This document shows, piece after piece, positions 57,891 through 64,000 of a stretch of 64,000 bases of DNA; the first letter of the stretch is position 1, and every line of letters starts with the position of its first letter. Under the pieces are notes generated by a model that was not told the origin of the DNA, made no database searches, and was given only the letters and a program-made list of their open reading frames with translations. Source of the stretch: Scenedesmus sp. PABB004 (Eukaryota); contig CM026547.1 of NCBI GenBank assembly GCA_014905635.1, positions 2,790,001-2,854,000 of the forward strand, read 5' to 3'. The translations under genes were made by a program, and so were the position numbers.

Positions 57891-58770
57891 TCAGGACGCC
57901 ATCTCGTCGATCATCGCAGCAAAGTCGCGGTTGGTGATGGTGGCGGAGACCTTTGAGAAGAAGGCGAGAAACTGGGGCAGGTCGACGAGGTTGTCGGCGC
58001 GCGGCGCATTTACGCCGCGCGCCGACAAGTCGGCGAAGAGCTCGCGCAGCTCCTCCAGCGTCAGCGTCTCGCCGCCGTACTTGTTGGCAAAGTTCTGCAG
58101 GCTGCGCAGCGAGATGCGGCCGCCGCCGTCCTGCGCGGCGTGCGCAGCAGCGACGCCGCGCGCGCGTCGGCGCGCCGGCCAGCCGCCCCGGTTCGGCGGG
58201 GCCCGCGCCGCTGCCGGGCCGGCGGGCCCGGGCTGCTGCCGGGCCGGCGGCGGCGGCGGCTGTGGGTGGGAGCTGTCGCGCGCGCCTTGTCGATGATGAT
58301 GAACACCATCTCCAGCTTCTCGCGCCGGTGCAGCGGCAGCCCCGTCGCCGCGTCCTGCGCGCGGCGCGGCGTGCGCACCGCGTCGGACGGCCGCCCGAGC
58401 GCGGCCGCAGCCCGCCGACGCGCGCGCGCGCGGCCAGCCGCTGCCGTCAGCGGCCGCGGCGGCGAGCGGCCGGCCGCCGCGCCTGCTGCGCTTGCTCCGC
58501 GCCCAGGCTGAGCCAGTCGATCATGAACTGCAGCGGGTCGCGCGGCTTGCCCTTCACCAGCGCCTCCAGCAGGCCGCCCAGCAGCTTGTCTAGCTGGTGT
58601 TTTTCCTGCGCACGCGCGCGCGGCCGTGTCGCGGCCGTGTCGCGGCTCGGCGCGCCGCGCCGACGAGCGAGCCGACGCGCCGGCGCGCCCTCGCGCACCA
58701 GGTACTCTGCGCTCGCGGCGCGGATCTTGTCGTCGGGCAGGGCGTCCAGGCGGTCCACGTCGCGGGCCAT
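57891..58770 (-). CDS. RIIa/Dpy-30-like docking domain plus EF-hand protein (EFCAB10/radial-spoke-like architecture)
   Basis: [35 protein letters not shown], then the EF-hand loop [14 protein letters not shown] and a second EF-like helix pair [21 protein letters not shown]. Confidence 0.75.
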
Positions 58771-59108
58771 TCAAGGCACGGCGGCTGCTGCGCGCGTGGG
58801 GAGCGGGGAGCACTGGCGCAGTCAAACGCAGGACGCGTGCGCGACGGCGGGGCGATGCTGGGGGCGGCGGCGTGCTCGGTGGTGGTGTACAGGGAGGTCC
58901 GTCACAGCCGGCACGCGTGCGCGGCGGCGCCCGCTGCGCGGCGGCGGCGAGGAGCTAGCAGCGGCGGTCTAGCGTCCGCGCCGCGCCGCGCCGCCCGGCT
59001 CCCTGCCAGTCTGCCTGCCTGAGTGGCGGTGGCCGCTGCAACCCAGGCACACCGCAGCCCTCCCCGCTCAGCAGCCCGCCCCCGCGCGCCAGGCAGGGCG
59101 GCAGCAGC

Positions 59109-60523
59109 ATGGCAAACATCAAGAGCCTCTCGGACCTCAACGGCGAGGACGGCGACGATGACCGCAAGCACAACGACTACTACGCTGGCGGCGAGAAGAG
59201 GTGATCCGCGCCGGGGCGCGGCCGGGCGGCGGGCGTGCTGGGCGGGCGGGGAGCAGCAGCGGCGGCGGGAGCAGGTCCCCTAACCACCCCCGTCCCGCGC
59301 CGCTCGCAGCGGGCAGCTGATCCGGGGAGCGCCCGAGGTGGGGCGCAACGCCTGGGCATCGGCGGCGCGCGCTCACAGCGCGCGGCTGCGGCGCGGCGCG
59401 GGCGCGGGCGCGGCGCACGCAGCAGCTGCCGCGCAGCGCCGCCGCCCAGCGGTGCACGCGCGCGCGCGCGCAGGACGAGTCTGACGAGGAGGAGGACGAG
59501 GACCGTGTGGGCAGCATATTCCAGAAGGCCAAGGCCATCGGCGCGACGCAGGGCACGGCGGACGACCTGCCGCCGTCGGGCGCGTTCCGCGGCCAGGGCC
59601 GCACGCTCGCGGACGGCCAGCCAGCGGCGGTGCGGCCGCGGCGGTTGGCGGCGCCGCGGCGGTGCCGCGGCGGTGCCGCGGCGGCGGGGGCGCCGGCGCC
59701 GCGCCGCTGCTGCGCCGCCGCGCCGCCGCGCGCCGCTGCTGCGCCGCCGCGCCGCCGCGCGCCGCGCCGACGCGCGCCGCGCCGCGTGCGCGCACGCGGC
59801 GCGCAGGGCGGCGGCGGGCCGCGCAACCACGTGGTCAAGTTTTACCGCAACCACGTGTTCACCGTCGACGACGGCCCGCCGCGCCACATGGACGACCCCG
59901 CCAACGTCGACTTCATCAACAGCGTCGGCCGCGGCGAGTGCCCCGCCGAGCTCGACCCCGGCGACGCCGACACGCCCGTGACCGTCAACATGCTGCGCGC
60001 GGAGGAGGATTACGTCATGCCAAAGTGCGCGCACGACCCCCGGGGCTGGCGGCGCAGCGAACCGCCAGCGAGCGCGCGCGCCCGCGGCAGCAGCGCGCTG
60101 CGCGACCCCGCCGCGGCCCCGCCGCGACCCGCCGCGGGCGCGTCCCGCAGGTACGTGGCGTTCTCCGGCTCGGGCCGCACGCTGGGCGGTGGCAGCAGCA
60201 GCGGCGCGGGCGCGGGCAGCAGCAGCCAAGCAGCGGCGGCGGGCGCGGCGGCGGCGGCGGCCGGCGGCGAGTGGGAGGGCGTCGACGAGGCGGCGCCGAT
60301 GACGTCGATCCAGCTGCGCCTGAGCGACGGCAGCCGCATGGTCGCGCGCATGAACACGACGCACACCGTCGCGGACGTGCGGCGCTTCATCCGCGCCTCG
60401 CGCCCCGACATGGCCGGCCCCTACTCCCTCGCCACGGGCTTCCCGCCCGCGCCGATCGCGGACGAGTCGCAGACGCTCGAGGCGGCGGGGCTGCTCAACG
60501 CCGTCATCAGCCAGCGCAAGTGA
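59109..60523 (+). CDS. SEP-UBX domain Cdc48/p97 adaptor (p47/Shp1, plant PUX3/4/5 type)
   Basis: YYAGGEKS|G, SHP boxes AFRGQGRTL and AFSGSGRTLG, SEP domain (FTVDDGPPR..CPAEL), UBX domain (TSIQLRLSDG..GFPP..AGLLNAVI). TGTAA at 60580. Confidence 0.93.
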
Positions 60524-61192
60524 GCCAGCGCGCGCCGTGCTCGGCTGCGCTGCGCCTCGCGGCGGCGGCGGCGGCGGCATGTAACCTTCTCGTTGCGCGG
60601 CGGGACGCTGCAGCGGCCGGCAGCTGCGGGCGCGAGGTGCGGTCCGCGGCGCCGCTGCTGCTGCGCGGCGCGCGCGTGGGGCTGCCGGGCCGCTGCCAGC
60701 GCCGCGACTGCTGCCGACTGCTGCCGCCATCGCCGCGCAACAGGCAGCGCTCGCGAGCCGCCGGCCTCCCAGCCGCAGCCGCTGCCAGCCGGGCGCTGCC
60801 ACCACAGCCAGAGGCCTGAGCCAGCCACCGCCGCCAGCCAGGCGCCGCTGCCGCGTACAAGCGTTGGCCCGTTACCCGGGCGCGCGACAATCGCCGCTGC
60901 CGCCCTCACGCACGCTGCGCCCGCCCCGCCCACCCCGCCCCCCGCCCATGCCCAGCCCCCCGGCCTCCGCGGCGCCCGCTGCGCCGCCCGCCCGCCCCGA
61001 CACCACCACCCCCGCAGCTGCGTTCGGTGCCGCCCGCTCCGCTGGGCGGGCCACCCGGGGGGCCGGCGGCCGCGCTGCGCCTGCAGCGCGGCCCGCCGCC
61101 GCCCACACAGTCTGCGCTGCTGCTGCTGCTGCTGCTGCCGCCGCCGCTGCCGCCGCCGCCGCGCCGGCGCGGCATTGCGCGCGCGCGCCGCG

Positions 61193-61576
61193 TCACAGCT
61201 CCACGCGCGGCACGTCGACCTTGGGGGCGTCGGGCGTGATCACGTAGGCCTTCTTGAGCAGGTTCTCCACGGTCTCCGATGGCTGCGCGCCGACCTGCAG
61301 CCACTTCTTGATGGCGGGCGCGTTGAGGTTGGTCTCCTTCTTCAGCGGGTCGTACCAGCCCAGGTACTCGATGGGCCGCCCCTCGCGCCGGTCGCGACTG
61401 TCGATGGCCACCAGGCGATAGAACGGCGCCTTCTTGCGGCCGTAGCGCTGGAAGCGGATGGCCACGCGGGCCTCCACCACCATCGCGCACCGGCTGGCGC
61501 GCGCGGGCAGCGCGCCGGCGGCCAGCGGCCGCACGCTGCCGCAGGCCGCCCGCGAGCTCAGACAGCGGGCCTGCAT
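61193..61576 (-). CDS. RPS16: Nucleus-encoded organellar (plastid-type) ribosomal protein S16, single exon
   Basis: Transit peptide ending VVEA, then [52 protein letters not shown]. Confidence 0.95.
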   Translation of the reverse strand: MQARCLSSRAACGSVRPLAAGALPARASRCAMVVEARVAIRFQRYGRKKAPFYRLVAIDSRDRREGRPIEYLGWYDPLKKETNLNAPAIKKWLQVGAQPSETVENLLKKAYVITPDAPKVDVPRVEL

Positions 61577-61853
61577 GGTGGCGGCGGGCGCTTCGAGCAG
61601 TCGGGGGGAGCGCGCGGCGGCAATGTGGGCGGCCGGGAGGGCCGCGCGGGGGCGAGGCGGGCTCGCGGGCTGTGGCGGCCCGCGGTCTAAGGCCCGCCCA
61701 GGCCCCGGCCCGCGCCTCGTCCGCGCGGCGGTGGACCCCTGGAGCCGCGAATTACCGCGAGAGCGGGCGCGCGGGGCCGGCGCCGCCGCGCGGCACGGCG
61801 GCCACGCCGGCGCTCGAGAGCGGGCGCCGCCTCGGCCCCCGCGGACGCGCGGC

Positions 61854-64000
61854 TCACTCGACGGCCGGCACGGTGACGCGCACGCCGCCCACCTCCAGGC
61901 CCGGCGGCTCCACCGCCTGGGGCATGAGCGAGCGCAGCAGCTCGTACGACGCCACCTGCGTCACGGGTCGGGGCGGGGCGGGGCGGGCGTCGGGGGGCCG
62001 GCGCGCGCCGCCGGGGCGCCCTCCTCCTCGACTCCCCTCTCGCGCGCTCCCCCGCGCGCGCGCGCCTGGTTGAAGCCGTCGTCCCAGGTGATCTGCACGG
62101 CGTAGTTGCCGACCTGCGCAATGCTCAGCGGGCGCACGCCGTCGGGCACGGGCGCCGCGCCCGCGTCGGCCTCGCCCGTCCACTCGTTGAGGCTGCGCGC
62201 GCTCGTGTCGTGCCGCCGCACGAGCGCAGGGTCCAGGTAGTACGGCGCGCTGGGCGCGCTGCCGCTGCCCGCCGCGCCGGGCAGCACGACGCGCAGCAGC
62301 GCGGCGCCCTCGTCCCACGTCACGCCGTGGCGGTGCGACACTGCGAGCTTGGCCACCTCGCGCACCACCGTCGCGCCGAGCTCCATGAACGCCGCGCCCA
62401 CCGGCCCCGCGGGGTCGCTCACCACCAGCGGCTGCCCGCCTGCGACCCAGCCGCGCGGCGCGGCGCGTCCGCCGCGCGCCGGCACCGGCGCCGCCCGCCC
62501 GCGGCCGCTGCGCCCCCGTCGCGCCGCGCGCAGCGCCGCCGGGGCCCCCCGCCCCGCGCCCGCGCGCCCCGCGGCGCACCGTCGCCCGCGGCGGAGAGGT
62601 CTGGCACGATGGGGAAGCGCACCAGGTGCTCGATGCCATAGTCGGCCTGGATGCGCGCGCCGCTGCCCTCGCCAAACGGCCGGTACCTGGCGCAGCGGTG
62701 GCGGGGCGCGGCGGGGGCGGCGGCGGCGGGGCGCAGCGGGCTGTTTTGCGCGCGCGCACAGGGCGCAGGCAGGCGGCGGCGGCGGCGGCGGCGGCGGGCC
62801 CCCGCGCGCTCGCGCGGGCGGCGCGCGGGGGCGCACCGCTTGCCGTCGTCGCCGTCGAAGAAGGCCATGTTCTCGACCACCGCGACGACGGGCACGGCGA
62901 GCTTGGCAAACATGCGCACGCCCTTGGCGACGTCGACAAATGCGAGGCGCTGCGGCGTCGTGACGACGACGGCGGCGCTGAACGCGACGCTCTGGCAGAG
63001 CGTGAGCTGGATGTCGCCCGTGCCGGGGGGGAAGTCGACGACGAGGTAGTCCAGCGCGCCTTGTGCGAGTGTGCGTGTGTGTGGGGGGTGGGGGGTGGGG
63101 GGGGGGTGGTGTATGGTGGTCGGTGGAGGCGGCGGTGTGAAGGGAGGGGGGGGGCGGCGAGAGGAGGGAGGAGGCGCCTGCGGTGAGGGGGAGGGGCGGG
63201 CCGCCGCGGCCGCGCGCGGCGCCGCACCCCAGTCCGAGGTGGTGAGCAGCTGCTGGATGAGGCCCGAGACCATCGCGCCGCGCATGATCGCGCTGCCCTG
63301 GCCGGCGAAGCCAAAGCTCACGAGCTTGACCCCCAGGTACTCAGTCGGGCTGATCGCGCGCGTGGCGGGGTCCATCGCGAGGATGCGCAGCTCGGGGCGC
63401 ACCATCGTCGGCAGGCTGGGGCCGTACACGTCCGCGTCAAAGATGCCCACCTGCGCGCGGCGGCGGGGCCAGCGGCGCGGCGCGGGCGGCGCTTGAGCCG
63501 GCCGCGGCGGCGGCGGCCGCGGCTGCGCCGCGCCGGCCCCGCCCGGCCCCGCCCGGCCCTGCCCCGCCCCGTCCCGCCCTGCCCCCCCCCCCCCCCCCGC
63601 GCCGCGCCGCGCCGCGCCTTGGCCCCCATCTGCGCGAGCGTGTAGGCGAGGTTGACGGCGGTCGTGGACTTGCCGACGCCGCCCTTGCAGCTCGACACGG
63701 CGATCACGTGCCGCACGTCCTTCAGCCCCCCGGGGCGGCCGTTGTCGCCCGCGGTGATGGGCTTGGCCGGCTGGCTGCTGAGCTTGACGTCCACGCTCGT
63801 CACCCAGGGCAGCTCCTGCGCGGCCGCGCGCGCGCGCGGGCGGCGGTCGGCGCGGGGGGCGGCGACCCGCGGCGGCGGCGGGGCCAGCTGCCGCGCCGGC
63901 ACCGGCGCAACAACAGCGCCGGCTGCGAGGCGGCGGCGACTCACCCCCACGTACTGCGTCGCCTCGCGCTTGAACTGGTCCTTCACGGGGCAGGCGGGCG
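61854..64000 (-). CDS. HCF101: HCF101 plastid Fe-S scaffold (Mrp/NBP35 P-loop NTPase with DUF59 and DUF971), 5'-partial
   Basis: [59 protein letters not shown] and C-terminal [20 protein letters not shown]. Confidence 0.95.

Overview
Eukaryotic nuclear DNA from an extremely GC-rich green alga (inferred chlorophycean, probably Sphaeropleales). The evidence is spliceosomal introns, TGTAA poly(A) signals, plastid-targeted proteins and a nuclear rps16. The window is gene-dense, with about 24 mostly intron-containing genes: LRR protein (5'-partial), a plastid membrane protein, CCD8-like carotenoid oxygenase, an X-family DNA polymerase, a plant-type tandem CCCH zinc-finger protein, a TAT-signal lumen protein, an ENODL-like phytocyanin, a pfkB kinase, MenB, GDP-fucose synthase head-to-head with GDP-mannose 4,6-dehydratase, galactokinase, a CASTOR/POLLUX-like channel, UTP11, TauE, WSS1, SKIP, WNK, CCDC180, GOT1, an unknown gene, CutC, an RIIa/EF-hand protein, p47/PUX, RPS16 and HCF101 (5'-partial). 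Most of the six-frame ORF track is GC-driven shadow ORFs, so gene models were rebuilt by eye across splice sites. Most notable: (1) the PolX carries Pol mu/TdT-type signatures (HDxDFL, GW, NNH, long Loop1) rather than Pol lambda ones; (2) a recent 1.25-kb near-perfect inverted duplication brackets a 2.9-kb segment that could flip and rebuild an intact gene either way; (3) both de novo GDP-fucose genes form a bidirectional pair with an animal-FX-like synthase; (4) about 20 GC-AG introns; (5) a perfect 16-bp hairpin inside a coding exon. No rRNA, tRNA, CRISPR array or transposase was seen.
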